Of a DNA stretch of 64,000 nucleotides, positions 19,479-29,350 are shown in pieces (the first letter of the stretch is position 1; each line of letters begins with the position of its first letter). This stretch comes from Nitrospirota bacterium. Its GTDB lineage: Bacteria; Nitrospirota; UBA9217. The translations under genes and the position numbers were made by a program. The DNA lies in assembly GCA_963751455.1 (NCBI GenBank), contig CAVVUN010000015.1, positions 608,001 to 672,000 of the forward strand. Direction: 5' to 3'. The notes under the pieces were generated by a model. The model saw only the letters and a program-made list of their open reading frames with translations, was not told where the DNA came from and ran no database searches.

Positions 19479-20786
19479 ATGGCCGAGATCAGCGTTATCC
19501 GTATTTTGTATATGGAAGACGACCCCGGGCTTTGCCTGCTTCTTAAGAAAAATCTGCAGCGGCGCGGCTTCATCGTTGATACTGCTTTCAACGGCGAAGA
19601 AGGGATCAGAATGGCGGAAAGCGGCTGCTACGATGCGCTGCTGGTTGATTACAATATGCCTTTTTTCGGCGGGATCGATGTTCTGCGGGCGATAGCCGCG
19701 TTAAACTTGACCACACCGGTTGTCATGGTGACGGGCCAGGGGAACGAGGCCGTGGCGGTAGAAGCACTTAAACTGGGGGCGTCGGACTATGTGGTCAAAG
19801 ACGTCGAAATGCGCTATCTCGACCTTCTACCCGCAGTTATCGACCAGGTGCTCTACAAACAGCAGCTTCTCAAAGAGCGCGACCAAATACTGGAAGCGGT
19901 CAGGGACAGCGAAGAACGCTACCGCAGGCTCGTAGAGCTGGTACCGGACGGAATCGGAGTCCATATTGGCGAGGTCTTCGTTTTCATGAATCCGGCGGGA
20001 GCAAGCCTGCTCGGAGCATCAGGACCAGATCGCGTTATCGGCAATTCTGTCTGGGATGTGGTCCAGAACGATTTTAGAGAGATCGAGAAGTCCCGCATCC
20101 TGCAGCTTAAAAAAGGAACGGATACGGTTGTGCTGCCGTGGATCGAGGAGAAATTCGTGCGGATGGACGGGTCGGTGATCGATGTAGAGACAGTCAGTCT
20201 CAACCTGAGCTATAATGGGCAACCCGCAGTCCAGACCATATTCAGGGACATTACCGAACGGAAAATGACGGAGCAAAGGGTCGCGCACTCGGCGCTGTAC
20301 GACGCTTTGACCGGGCTGCCCAACCGGACGCTTTGCTTCGACCGAATGAAACAGGCCTTGGAAACGGCGAAACGGAGTAACTGTGCCATGGCGTTGCTCT
20401 GCATGGACCTGGACCGTTTTAAACTCGTTAATGACATGCATGGGCATGAAACCGGAGATCTCGTTCTGCAGGAAGCGGCACGAAGAATACTGTCCTGCAT
20501 TCGCAAGACGGATACGCTCGGGCGCATGGGCGGCGATGAATTTCTAGGAATTTGCGGAAATATAACACGTCCCGGGGACGTATTCCTGGTCGCCGATAAA
20601 ATCATTGAAGTCCTGTCCTCGACGTTTTGCCTCAACGGCGCTACATGCTCCATCGGTGTCAGCATAGGGATCAGCATGTATCCGGCAGACGGAGATCATG
20701 TTGAAATGATGCTGACCAAAGCAGAACACGGCTTACACCGGGTGAAGCAAACCGGCAATGGCGGCTACATTGTTTCGAACGAATAA
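19479..20786 (+). CDS. REC-PAS-GGDEF diguanylate cyclase
   Basis: Receiver (MEDD, LVDYNMP), PAS, DALTGLPNR and RMGGDEF; SD AAAGGAG. Confidence 0.92.
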   Translation: MAEISVIRILYMEDDPGLCLLLKKNLQRRGFIVDTAFNGEEGIRMAESGCYDALLVDYNMPFFGGIDVLRAIAALNLTTPVVMVTGQGNEAVAVEALKLGASDYVVKDVEMRYLDLLPAVIDQVLYKQQLLKERDQILEAVRDSEERYRRLVELVPDGIGVHIGEVFVFMNPAGASLLGASGPDRVIGNSVWDVVQNDFREIEKSRILQLKKGTDTVVLPWIEEKFVRMDGSVIDVETVSLNLSYNGQPAVQTIFRDITERKMTEQRVAHSALYDALTGLPNRTLCFDRMKQALETAKRSNCAMALLCMDLDRFKLVNDMHGHETGDLVLQEAARRILSCIRKTDTLGRMGGDEFLGICGNITRPGDVFLVADKIIEVLSSTFCLNGATCSIGVSIGISMYPADGDHVEMMLTKAEHGLHRVKQTGNGGYIVSNE

Positions 20787-20932
20787 GGCGCGCCCTCTGA
20801 CTGTTTCCCAAAAGTAAAACCGAACCCAGCATCTTTCCCTCCTGTCAGATCCGGTTTTCTCCTTATGATATAATCTAATAAGAAACACAATTTGTATTTA
20901 TTCAGCTACTCGCTGACAGCTTGGTGCTTGCC

Positions 20933-21379
20933 ATGCCACACGCGGGACTAATGGATGAAACGTTGCTGGGCGCAGTGAAAGGGCCGCTTCAGCGGGCTCG
21001 ACTGCACCTGCGAGGCGGTAAGCGGCGGCTCGGCCAGGGCAAAATCGCAGCGGGCATCGTAACCCTGTACGACGGCTTGCTTGCCGCCATGGACTTCTAC
21101 TGCGAAGCCGCGGTTCAGGAAGGCCGGCTGGTGACAAACCCGGGAGAAGATCTTCGCAATGAAAAAGTTTTGTACGCTGTCCTTGTGCGGACAGGTGTTT
21201 TGAACGGTCGCTTCGATTTCGAAGGTTTCAGCAGGCTTGTGGAAACAGCGCTTGATCAGGAATTGCCGGGATATGATTATCGCCAGCTGGTTGCCGATAT
21301 CGACTCACTGATGCTTCAACTCGGTGTGCTGCCCTTTAATGAATCAGCCCTTCCTCCGGAAGATCCTGCCACGTTTTAA
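20933..21379 (+). CDS. Hypothetical helical protein
   Basis: ORF of ~148 aa (MPHAGLMDE...LPPEDPATF) with coding-like composition that fills the gap in the same orientation. Confidence 0.65.
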   Translation: MPHAGLMDETLLGAVKGPLQRARLHLRGGKRRLGQGKIAAGIVTLYDGLLAAMDFYCEAAVQEGRLVTNPGEDLRNEKVLYAVLVRTGVLNGRFDFEGFSRLVETALDQELPGYDYRQLVADIDSLMLQLGVLPFNESALPPEDPATF

Positions 21380-21393
21380 AAAATAGACGGAAC

Positions 21394-21474
21394 CGAGGGA
21401 CGAGGGATGATGGACGAGAAGAGTTGAGTGAAATCGTCCATCGTCCTAGCGAGCGGTCGCTTCTCGTCCATCGT
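21394..21474. repeat. GACGA/TCGTC heptamer-unit hairpin element
   Basis: CGAGGGACGAGGGATGATGGACGA...AAATCGTCCATCGTCCTAGCGA...; near-identical blocks at 38529-38610. Confidence 0.8.
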
Positions 21475-21486
21475 GCAGTTTAAAGT

Positions 21487-23448
21487 ATGAACAGACTTTC
21501 AAACGAACGTTCGCCTTACTTGAAAAAAGCAGCCAGCCAGAAGGTTGAGTGGCATCCCTGGTCCGAAGAGGCTTTTGAAAAAGCCGGGCGTGAAGAAAAA
21601 CCGGTATTTCTGAGCACCGGGGCTGTCTGGTGCCACTGGTGCCATGTGATGGCGCGCGAGTGCTTTGAAAGTGATGAGATTGCGGAAGTGATGAACAGGA
21701 ATTTCGTAAACATCAAGCTCGATCGCGATGAACGTCCGGACATAGACCGCGTCTACCAGCAGGCCGTGGCCTCAATGGGAGGAGGAAGCGGATGGCCGCT
21801 CAGCGTTTTTTTAACGGCGGATAAGAAGCCTTTTTTCGGTGGGACCTATTTTCCTCCCAGCGATGCTCAGGGCAGGCCCGGGTTCAGGAAAATACTGGCT
21901 GCTGTCCTCGATTTTTACAGGACGAGGCCCGGCGAAGTAATGTCATTTGCCGAGAAAGTCGCTGATGCCATAAAACCGGACGATTTCACTCCAGAGGGGA
22001 TCAGTGAAGCTCTGCTGGACGAAGCGGAGAATAAAATTCTTTCTATTCTCGATACCCGGAACGGAGGATTCGGCGATGCGCCGAAGTTTCCGATGTCTGC
22101 AACGCTCGAATTCCTTATGCGGCTGGCAGCACGAGGACATCGGGCTGCTGCAGACGGCGCCCGCCTCACTCTGTTTGCAATGGCCAGGGGGGGCATACAG
22201 GACCACCTCGGGGGAGGCTTCCATCGCTACTCCGTGGACGATGCATGGCTCGTTCCGCACTTTGAAAAGATGGCCGACGACAACGCGGGTCTGCTGCAGA
22301 ATTATATTCAGGGATATGCATTGTTTGGAAATGAACGGATGAAAACGGTGGCCCGGGATATCCTGCGTTTCACAAGAGAACAGCTATCCGACCCATCGGG
22401 AGGGTTCTTCGCAAGCCAGGATGCGGACACAGGCGCTGACGAGGGCGGCTATTTTACCTGGACAGCCCGCGAAATGAGGCAGGTTCTGAATGCTGAGGAA
22501 TACGAAGTAATCAGCCTCCACCTCTTCCATCCGCACGGTTCTTTGCCGCATGACCCGCAAAGGAATGTTCTGGCTGTCCGCATGGAACCTTCGACGATCG
22601 CTGAACAAACCGGGAAAAGCCGGGAAGCCGTTCAGAACTTGATCGAGACCGCGAAGCTGAAACTTCTTAAGGCACGTCAAAAGCGGGCACGCCCGTTTGT
22701 CGACACGACGCTTTATACTTCGCTCAACGGAATGATGATATCAGCCTGCCTTCGCGGGTTCATGGCCTTTCGGGATCCGGCTTTGCGGGAGCTTGGGCTG
22801 AAGGGCCTGGAACGGGTATTCCAGGATTGCTTTGACGGCAACGGGCTAAGCCATGCGCCGGGCGTGCCGGCCCTGCTAGACGACTATGTTCATCTTCTTG
22901 ATGCATTGATCACTGCTTATGAGGCGAGCGCAACACAACTCTATCTGAGCCGAGCAGAAGATCTCATGAAAGAATGCAGGCGAGTACTTTTCGATGCTAC
23001 GGAGGGTGGTTACTTCGATACCGGTACCGAGGTGCTCGGTATTCGATCCAAAAGGATCCAGGATGTCCCTCATCCAGCCGCGAATTCTCTGGCAATCACA
23101 CTGCAGCTGAAACTGGCCTCAATAAAGGGAAACTCGGACTATCGCAGGGAAGCGGAACAGGAACTCATGCTGTTTGCCGGGACCGCCCGGTCTTTGGGCG
23201 TTCATGCGGGCAGTTACTTCTGCTCCCTGGATTCCTTTTATCATATGCTTACGTTCAGAGTTGAAGCTGAACCGGAAAGCGAGCTTGCACAAGCAGCCCG
23301 TATCCGGGCCGTGGCATCGCGCTCAGCCATAGTATACGGTGAAGAGAAAGGCCGGATAATTCCCTGTACACCGAATGCCTGTTATGAGCCTCTGTTCGAT
23401 GAAGCAGGGCTGGATGATTTCCTTAGAAACCGGGTCTGCTCATCATAA
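21487..23448 (+). CDS. YyaL/SSP411-family thioredoxin-domain protein with alpha/alpha barrel
   Basis: MNRLSNERSPYL, WCHWCHVMARECFE, DRDERPDID, GWPLSVFLT, GGFHRYSVD and PHFEKM. Confidence 0.93.
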   Translation: MNRLSNERSPYLKKAASQKVEWHPWSEEAFEKAGREEKPVFLSTGAVWCHWCHVMARECFESDEIAEVMNRNFVNIKLDRDERPDIDRVYQQAVASMGGGSGWPLSVFLTADKKPFFGGTYFPPSDAQGRPGFRKILAAVLDFYRTRPGEVMSFAEKVADAIKPDDFTPEGISEALLDEAENKILSILDTRNGGFGDAPKFPMSATLEFLMRLAARGHRAAADGARLTLFAMARGGIQDHLGGGFHRYSVDDAWLVPHFEKMADDNAGLLQNYIQGYALFGNERMKTVARDILRFTREQLSDPSGGFFASQDADTGADEGGYFTWTAREMRQVLNAEEYEVISLHLFHPHGSLPHDPQRNVLAVRMEPSTIAEQTGKSREAVQNLIETAKLKLLKARQKRARPFVDTTLYTSLNGMMISACLRGFMAFRDPALRELGLKGLERVFQDCFDGNGLSHAPGVPALLDDYVHLLDALITAYEASATQLYLSRAEDLMKECRRVLFDATEGGYFDTGTEVLGIRSKRIQDVPHPAANSLAITLQLKLASIKGNSDYRREAEQELMLFAGTARSLGVHAGSYFCSLDSFYHMLTFRVEAEPESELAQAARIRAVASRSAIVYGEEKGRIIPCTPNACYEPLFDEAGLDDFLRNRVCSS

Positions 23449-23513
23449 TCGTAATCCTATTCCGGTATTCATGCTGCGACTAAAGTTTCCCTTTTTCTCC
23501 GGCCTCGTAAGTC

Positions 23514-23541
23514 TTGACAACCTTCGGACCTATGGTATTCT
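23514..23541 (+). promoter_or_regulatory. Sigma70 promoter with extended -10
   Basis: TTGACA-N16-TATTCT with TG before the -10. Confidence 0.55.
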
Positions 23542-23699
23542 TAAGTCAGCGCACCGCATCAGATTACTCGTACTCACTTTCCCTTTATAAAATTTCTGTC
23601 ATTTGTTGTCCTGGCGAATGCTTGACCGCTGAACACCGGTTGTTGTATTTCGCTGTTTGCCCCTCGCTCCCGGTGACCGTTCACACCGCAGTGAAGACC

Positions 23700-25331
23700 A
23701 TGAACCTAAATCAACGCATGAAAAAATCCAGGTCCAAAATTAAGAATAGCGATCCAGCAGGAAAGTCGGCGACCAGAGGAAAAGAAAGAAAAACGAATGG
23801 TGCTGCGGATGAGTTCTCTTCCCTGCATACCGGTCTTTCCATTTTTGCCACGCCGCCCGATACTCGGGGTACTGGCTTTGCGTCCGGTGATCGAGAACAT
23901 CAAGACCGAATCAGGTTCTTCGGTCAGGCTCTCGAAACAGCCGCTCAGGCCTTTTGCTCCTTTTTCCCGGACGGCCGTTTCAAAGCATATAACACTGCTT
24001 TCCTCAGATTGACCGGCTATACTTCCGTTGAACTGAAACTCAAATTATGGACACGTGATTTGACACCGCCGAAATGGCATGAACAGGAGAGGGCCGTATT
24101 GGAAGAACTGCGCCACACGGGCCGTTCCCAGTTTTATCAAAAGGAATATGTGAGAAAGGACGGGTCGCTCATCCCCGTTGAAGTATCGCTGCATACGGTG
24201 TTCGAAAAAACATCGAAGGTTTTTTATTACTGTTCATTCATCCGGGACATTGCCGAGCCGAAGCGAGCCGAGCAGGAACTCCAGAAGGCCAACGAAAACC
24301 TTTCCGGGTATGTCCAGGAACTTGAGGAGCACAACCGCGAGACCGAACTGTTCAGTGAAATGGTCAGCCTGCTGCAGGCCTGCGCCACACTGGAAGAAGT
24401 TAAGAGCGTTATCGGACGGCTTGCCCGGGGCCTCTTTTCCGCGGAATCCGGCGCACTGTACCTGTTCAATTCTGCATACAACATGCTTGAACCGGTTGCC
24501 GCCTGGGGTGAGGAAAAGAACGGCGGCCAGGGTTTGCCTTCCCGCGAATGCTGGGGTTTTCGGCTCGGCAGACAGTACCTGATCGATGCAAGGCATCCAG
24601 GTCTGCTGTGCGCTCATGTTAAGCCGCCGCTTCAGACTGCGTCGCTGTGCGTTCCCTTGATGGCGCAGGGGGAGACCCTGGGTCTGCTGCATCTGCAGTT
24701 CAATGGAAATTGGCTGCGGCTCACCGACGAGAGCCGTGAGCGGCAAAAGCGGCACAAGCAGCAGTTGGCAGTGGCTGTTGCCGAGAATGTTGCTCTGTCT
24801 CTTTCCAATTTTAAACTTCGGGACAGGCTCTATGTTCAATCGATTCATGATTATCTTACCGGCTTGTACAATCGCCGCTATATGGCCGAACTCCTCGAAA
24901 AAGAACTCCACCGCATGGCCCGGAAAAAACAGACAGCCGGCGTAATTATTATCGATATCGATCGCTTCAAGACCTTTAACGATACATACGGCCACGAGGC
25001 CGGCGACCTTGTGCTCCGCGAATTCAGCTCTTTCCTGAGGAAGCACGTCAGGGAAGAAGATTTTGCCTGCCGGTACGGCGGCGATGAATTTGTGGTTATC
25101 CTTCCCGAAACGTCCCGGGACAACGCCCGGCAGCGCGCGGAACAGCTTCGCGAGGGTGTCACGCATCTCGGCATCCGTTTCCGGGGAAAGCCTATCGATG
25201 GAATAACGCTTTCGCTCGGAATGGCGGTATATCCGCACGACGGTCTGACCGTAGATGCTATCCTGAGCGCTGCCGACGCGGCCTTGTACAGGGCAAAAGC
25301 CGAAGGCCGGGACCGGGTTGTAACGGCCTGA
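23700..25331 (+). CDS. PAS-GAF-GGDEF diguanylate cyclase
   Basis: PAS (YNTAFLRLTGY...RKDGSLIPVEV), GAF (CWGFRLG...LCVPLMAQGETLGLLHL), RxxD I-site (REED) and RYGGDEF. Start at 23700 or 23718. Confidence 0.9.
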   Translation: MNLNQRMKKSRSKIKNSDPAGKSATRGKERKTNGAADEFSSLHTGLSIFATPPDTRGTGFASGDREHQDRIRFFGQALETAAQAFCSFFPDGRFKAYNTAFLRLTGYTSVELKLKLWTRDLTPPKWHEQERAVLEELRHTGRSQFYQKEYVRKDGSLIPVEVSLHTVFEKTSKVFYYCSFIRDIAEPKRAEQELQKANENLSGYVQELEEHNRETELFSEMVSLLQACATLEEVKSVIGRLARGLFSAESGALYLFNSAYNMLEPVAAWGEEKNGGQGLPSRECWGFRLGRQYLIDARHPGLLCAHVKPPLQTASLCVPLMAQGETLGLLHLQFNGNWLRLTDESRERQKRHKQQLAVAVAENVALSLSNFKLRDRLYVQSIHDYLTGLYNRRYMAELLEKELHRMARKKQTAGVIIIDIDRFKTFNDTYGHEAGDLVLREFSSFLRKHVREEDFACRYGGDEFVVILPETSRDNARQRAEQLREGVTHLGIRFRGKPIDGITLSLGMAVYPHDGLTVDAILSAADAALYRAKAEGRDRVVTA

Positions 25332-25669
25332 AGCAGCACTGGGCCGCAAAACTCTTGCATAAAAAAGAAAAAGCTTTGCTGTTTTACATCGATCTTATGC
25401 ATACAACAAGTGTACACACACTCGCTCCTTCATCCATGAAGGTCTGCAACGGAATGCCATTCCTTTTTCGCCTTGATTTTTCAATTCATTTAATGTAATA
25501 ATTTTTTTACTTGATATCCGGTCCCTGTATCTTTCTGCAACGAGTAGCAGCATTGGACAAGCTTTCGCTGATCAACCGTTCCATTGCTCAATTCTGATCG
25601 GGGAGCCGGTGCACCACGTTCAGTTTTTGGTGCAGCCGTTCAGGATTATTTGGTTTCACCCGATTCATT

Positions 25670-28600
25670 ATGAAATCCAAACCGCGCTCAAAATCAAAAA
25701 AAACCTCTACCCTTCCAGCAAAAGCGGTAATAAAGCCGCGCGCGAAGAAAAGCGTTTCACAGGATGTTTCGTCAACCAGCAGAGATGGAACTGTTATTAC
25801 CCGCAAGAAAAACCACAATACAGCCGGGACCCGGGGACCGGTCGAGTCGATGCAAACGACTGTGAGCGACGGTGCCGAGCGCAGAAGACTCAAGAAAATG
25901 CTGATCGAGAGCGAGGAGAGATACCGGGCGCTCATGGAAACAGCCGCTGAAGCGATCATGGTGCATCAAAAGGGCAAAATCGTTTACACCAATCCCGCGG
26001 GCATGGAACTCATCGGCGCGAAAGACAGGGTAGAACTGCTAGAAAGAAATTATGACGACGTGGTCCATCATTATGGAAACAACAAAACCGGCGGCAGGCT
26101 TGATGAGCTGCCGCTCGACCGGCTGTCGTCCCACGAAGTGAAAATCATCCGGTTGAACGGGCAGCGCATTGATGCGGAAGCTCTCGCAGCGCCGATAAGT
26201 TTCGCGGGGAGTTCCGCGACTCAAGTTATTATCCAGGATGTAACCGCGCGAAAAATGGCGGAACAGACAATGCGCTTTCAGGCAAGTGTGCTGTCTGAAG
26301 TGCACGACGCGGTGGTCGCCATCGATAACGACAGCCGGATAACATACTATAATAAAGGGGCCGAACTGCTGTACGGGAGCAGGGCCGCTGATGCACTGGG
26401 AAAAAAGCTGGAAGAAGTGGACCCGTGCGGCTGGATACCCCAGAGTAATGAAGCCGAGGCGAATGAGTCGCTCAGCAAAAGAGGATTCTGGCGGGGCTCG
26501 GGCTTGCATCGATCGCTTTCCGGAGATGTGAAATACGTGGAATCGTCGATATCGGTCCTCAAAGACGAAAGCTGCGCCCGCATCGGGCTGCTCGCCGTTA
26601 TGCGGGACATTACCGAGGGAAGGCAGGCGGACAGCGCCTTGAGGGAGAGCGAAGAACGTTATCGTTCACTCGTTGAGAATTCGCCGGTGGCTATCTGCGT
26701 GCAGCAGGAAGGGCGGTATGTCTATATGAATCAGGCGGGGCTTCAGCTTTTCGGGGCTGACGAACCCATGCAAATTATCGGTAAAAATGCGATCGAGTAT
26801 GTCCACCCCGCTTATCGTGATTCCGCGGTTGAATGGATGCACCAGATCGAAGAAGACAGCAAACACCTTCCTTTTTATGAATTGAAGATACTGCGCGTCA
26901 ACGGACAGGCGGCAGATGTCGAGGCAGTTGTGACGAAGACCAGCTTTGGGGGCAAGCCGGCAACGCAGGCGCTCCTCAAGGATATTTCTGAAATACGGAA
27001 TACCGAACTGCGGCTGCGGCTCCAGGCGACGGTATTGTCACAGGTGAAAGACGCCGTGGTCGCGGTCGATTCCGACGGCCGGATAATATTCTGGAACAGG
27101 GCAGCGGAGCTTCTTTTTAAAGTCACGGCTGAAGAAGCCATCGGTCAGCACCGGGAAATGATTTTCGGGTACCGCCCGGATGCACGGAATGAAGCCGGCA
27201 AATCTTCGTCGCAGAGCGGATTTTTGAGGGGCGAGAACATTCATATTCTGAGGAGCGGACAAGTAATTCAGGTAGAGTCTTCCGTTTCGGTTCTGACGGG
27301 ATGGTCCGGGGCCCCGGCCGGCTGGCTTGCAGTCATGCGCGACATCACCGAGCGCAAGCGGGCGGAAAGGGAGATAAAGGCGGCGCGGGACGAAGCGCTT
27401 CGCGAACGCCTTCGCATGGAAACGATCGTCAATACGATCCCTTCAGGGGTATTCGTGGCAGAAGGCCCGGATGCCTCGATCACTCTGCAGAATGAACAGG
27501 CGCGAAATATTCTGGGCCGGGAAGTAAACCCGGGTGTCGGCGCAGGGGAACGAATCGGGCGAATGCGAAAACCCGATGGCACATATTTCACGCCCGACGA
27601 AGTCCCTTATCTACATGCATTTCGCAAGGGCGAGCACGTCCGTGATGTTGAAATTATGCTTGAACGGCCTGATGGAGCCACTATCACGATTTTGAGTCAA
27701 TCCGTGCCGCTCAGGGACGCAACCGGCGCGATCTACGGTTCGGTCAGTGCGTTCAACGACATCACCGAGCGGAAGCAGGCCGAAAACGAGCTGAGAAAAG
27801 CCCGTGCAGAACTCGAACTGCGTGTCCGGGAGCGTACCGCGGAGCTCTCGACGACGCTTGAGGCGCTCCAGGCAGAATTTATCGTCCGACGGCGGGCTGA
27901 GAAATCGCTGGAAGAAACGAGCAGGCTTCTGGAAAATATCTTCGCCACGATCCACGTAGCCATCGCCTATATGGACACGGACTTCGACTATATCCGCGTT
28001 AACCAGAACTATGCGAACAGGGAAGGACACGAGCCCGCATTTTACCCGGGCAGAAATTATTTTGCCGCCATTCAGGATAGCCAGGAGCAGGAGATATTCC
28101 GGAGTGTGGTCGAAACCGGAAGGCCGTATTTCGCATACGGGAAGCCCCTCCCGGCCCAAAAAATTCCGGGCAGCGACGTTACGTACTGGGATTGGAATGT
28201 GGTGCCGGTCAAGGAGTCCGACGAAACGGTGACCGGCCTTGTCCTCAGCGCAATCGATGTCACCGAGCGGAAGAGGGCGGAAATGGAGCGGGCGCGCCTT
28301 GTTGCCGCTATTGAAGCTGCGGCAGAGGCCGTCGTCATAACAGAAACGAACAGAGGTACGATCCAGTATGTGAATCCGGCGTTCGAGCTCATTACCGGCT
28401 ATAAGCGGGAGGAAGCAGTAGGGAAGACACTTCACATCCTTGAGACCGGCAGGCACGACGAGGAGTTTTATCGCGCTATGCGGGAAGCCATTGTTCGTGA
28501 CGGCTTCTGGAAAGGCCGGCTGATCAATAAAAAGAAGGACGGAACGCACTATTACGAGGAATGCACTTACTCGCCGGTTCGGGATGAATCGGGGAACATC

Positions 28601-29350
28601 GTAAGCTATGTTTCGATAAAACACGATGTCACTGAAAAACTCAGGCTCGAGTCTATTGCTGAGACCGTTGACATGATGAATACGATAGGCTATGCCTTTT
28701 CCGGGATCAGGCACGAGATCGGCAACCCGATCAGTTCTCTGCTGATTATTCTCGGGCTCATGAAGAAGAAATTCGAAACAGGCCCCAAAGAAGTCATTTT
28801 GGGGTATCTAGAGCAGGCAATCGCGCAGGTCGAACGCGTCGAATATCTGCTGACCACACTCAAGAACTTCAATATGTATGAAAACTTGAAAATTACGAAC
28901 GTGCAGGTATCCGACTTTATGGAAAAAATCGTCACTCTCGTAATGGAGGACATGACCAAGAAGGGAATCGGGCTCGAAGTCTCCACTGATCCGGACACCG
29001 GCAGCATGGCTGCGGACCCGCGAGCGCTCCAGCAGGCACTTCTGAATATCGCGGTCAATGCGGTAGATGCGGTGGCGGGAAGGCCGGGTCCGAAGATCAC
29101 GGTGCACACCGGCAAAGTGCACGGCATGGTTCGGATTCGGATTTCAGACAACGGCGCCGGGATTCCCGAGGCGGGGCAGAAGGACCTTTTTAAACCGTTC
29201 TATACCTCCAAAGCTCATGGCACCGGCCTGGGTCTTGTCATTACGAAAAAGCTTGTGTCGCGCATGAACGGTCTGATCGAAATCATGAGCCGCATTGATG
29301 AAGGGACCACAGTCGATATCTATATCCCGGGGGGGGCCATTGAGCACTGA
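25670..29350 (+). CDS. Cytoplasmic histidine kinase with seven PAS domains
   Basis: Seven PAS/PAC units ending in D(I/V)(T/S)x, H-box GIRHEIGNP, NIAVNAVDA, DNGAG and GTGLGL; no TM helix. Confidence 0.93.
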   Translation: MKSKPRSKSKKTSTLPAKAVIKPRAKKSVSQDVSSTSRDGTVITRKKNHNTAGTRGPVESMQTTVSDGAERRRLKKMLIESEERYRALMETAAEAIMVHQKGKIVYTNPAGMELIGAKDRVELLERNYDDVVHHYGNNKTGGRLDELPLDRLSSHEVKIIRLNGQRIDAEALAAPISFAGSSATQVIIQDVTARKMAEQTMRFQASVLSEVHDAVVAIDNDSRITYYNKGAELLYGSRAADALGKKLEEVDPCGWIPQSNEAEANESLSKRGFWRGSGLHRSLSGDVKYVESSISVLKDESCARIGLLAVMRDITEGRQADSALRESEERYRSLVENSPVAICVQQEGRYVYMNQAGLQLFGADEPMQIIGKNAIEYVHPAYRDSAVEWMHQIEEDSKHLPFYELKILRVNGQAADVEAVVTKTSFGGKPATQALLKDISEIRNTELRLRLQATVLSQVKDAVVAVDSDGRIIFWNRAAELLFKVTAEEAIGQHREMIFGYRPDARNEAGKSSSQSGFLRGENIHILRSGQVIQVESSVSVLTGWSGAPAGWLAVMRDITERKRAEREIKAARDEALRERLRMETIVNTIPSGVFVAEGPDASITLQNEQARNILGREVNPGVGAGERIGRMRKPDGTYFTPDEVPYLHAFRKGEHVRDVEIMLERPDGATITILSQSVPLRDATGAIYGSVSAFNDITERKQAENELRKARAELELRVRERTAELSTTLEALQAEFIVRRRAEKSLEETSRLLENIFATIHVAIAYMDTDFDYIRVNQNYANREGHEPAFYPGRNYFAAIQDSQEQEIFRSVVETGRPYFAYGKPLPAQKIPGSDVTYWDWNVVPVKESDETVTGLVLSAIDVTERKRAEMERARLVAAIEAAAEAVVITETNRGTIQYVNPAFELITGYKREEAVGKTLHILETGRHDEEFYRAMREAIVRDGFWKGRLINKKKDGTHYYEECTYSPVRDESGNIVSYVSIKHDVTEKLRLESIAETVDMMNTIGYAFSGIRHEIGNPISSLLIILGLMKKKFETGPKEVILGYLEQAIAQVERVEYLLTTLKNFNMYENLKITNVQVSDFMEKIVTLVMEDMTKKGIGLEVSTDPDTGSMAADPRALQQALLNIAVNAVDAVAGRPGPKITVHTGKVHGMVRIRISDNGAGIPEAGQKDLFKPFYTSKAHGTGLGLVITKKLVSRMNGLIEIMSRIDEGTTVDIYIPGGAIEH

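Noticed and set aside
24234-25349. Long antisense ORFs (also 18589-19431, 27611-28714, 36057-37049)
   Set aside because: Shadows of well-supported plus-strand genes, with no recognisable motifs.
25445-25459. Minus-strand TGGCATTCCGTTGCA resembling a sigma54 promoter
   Set aside because: Spacing is GG-N9-GC rather than the required N10, and there is no credible gene downstream.
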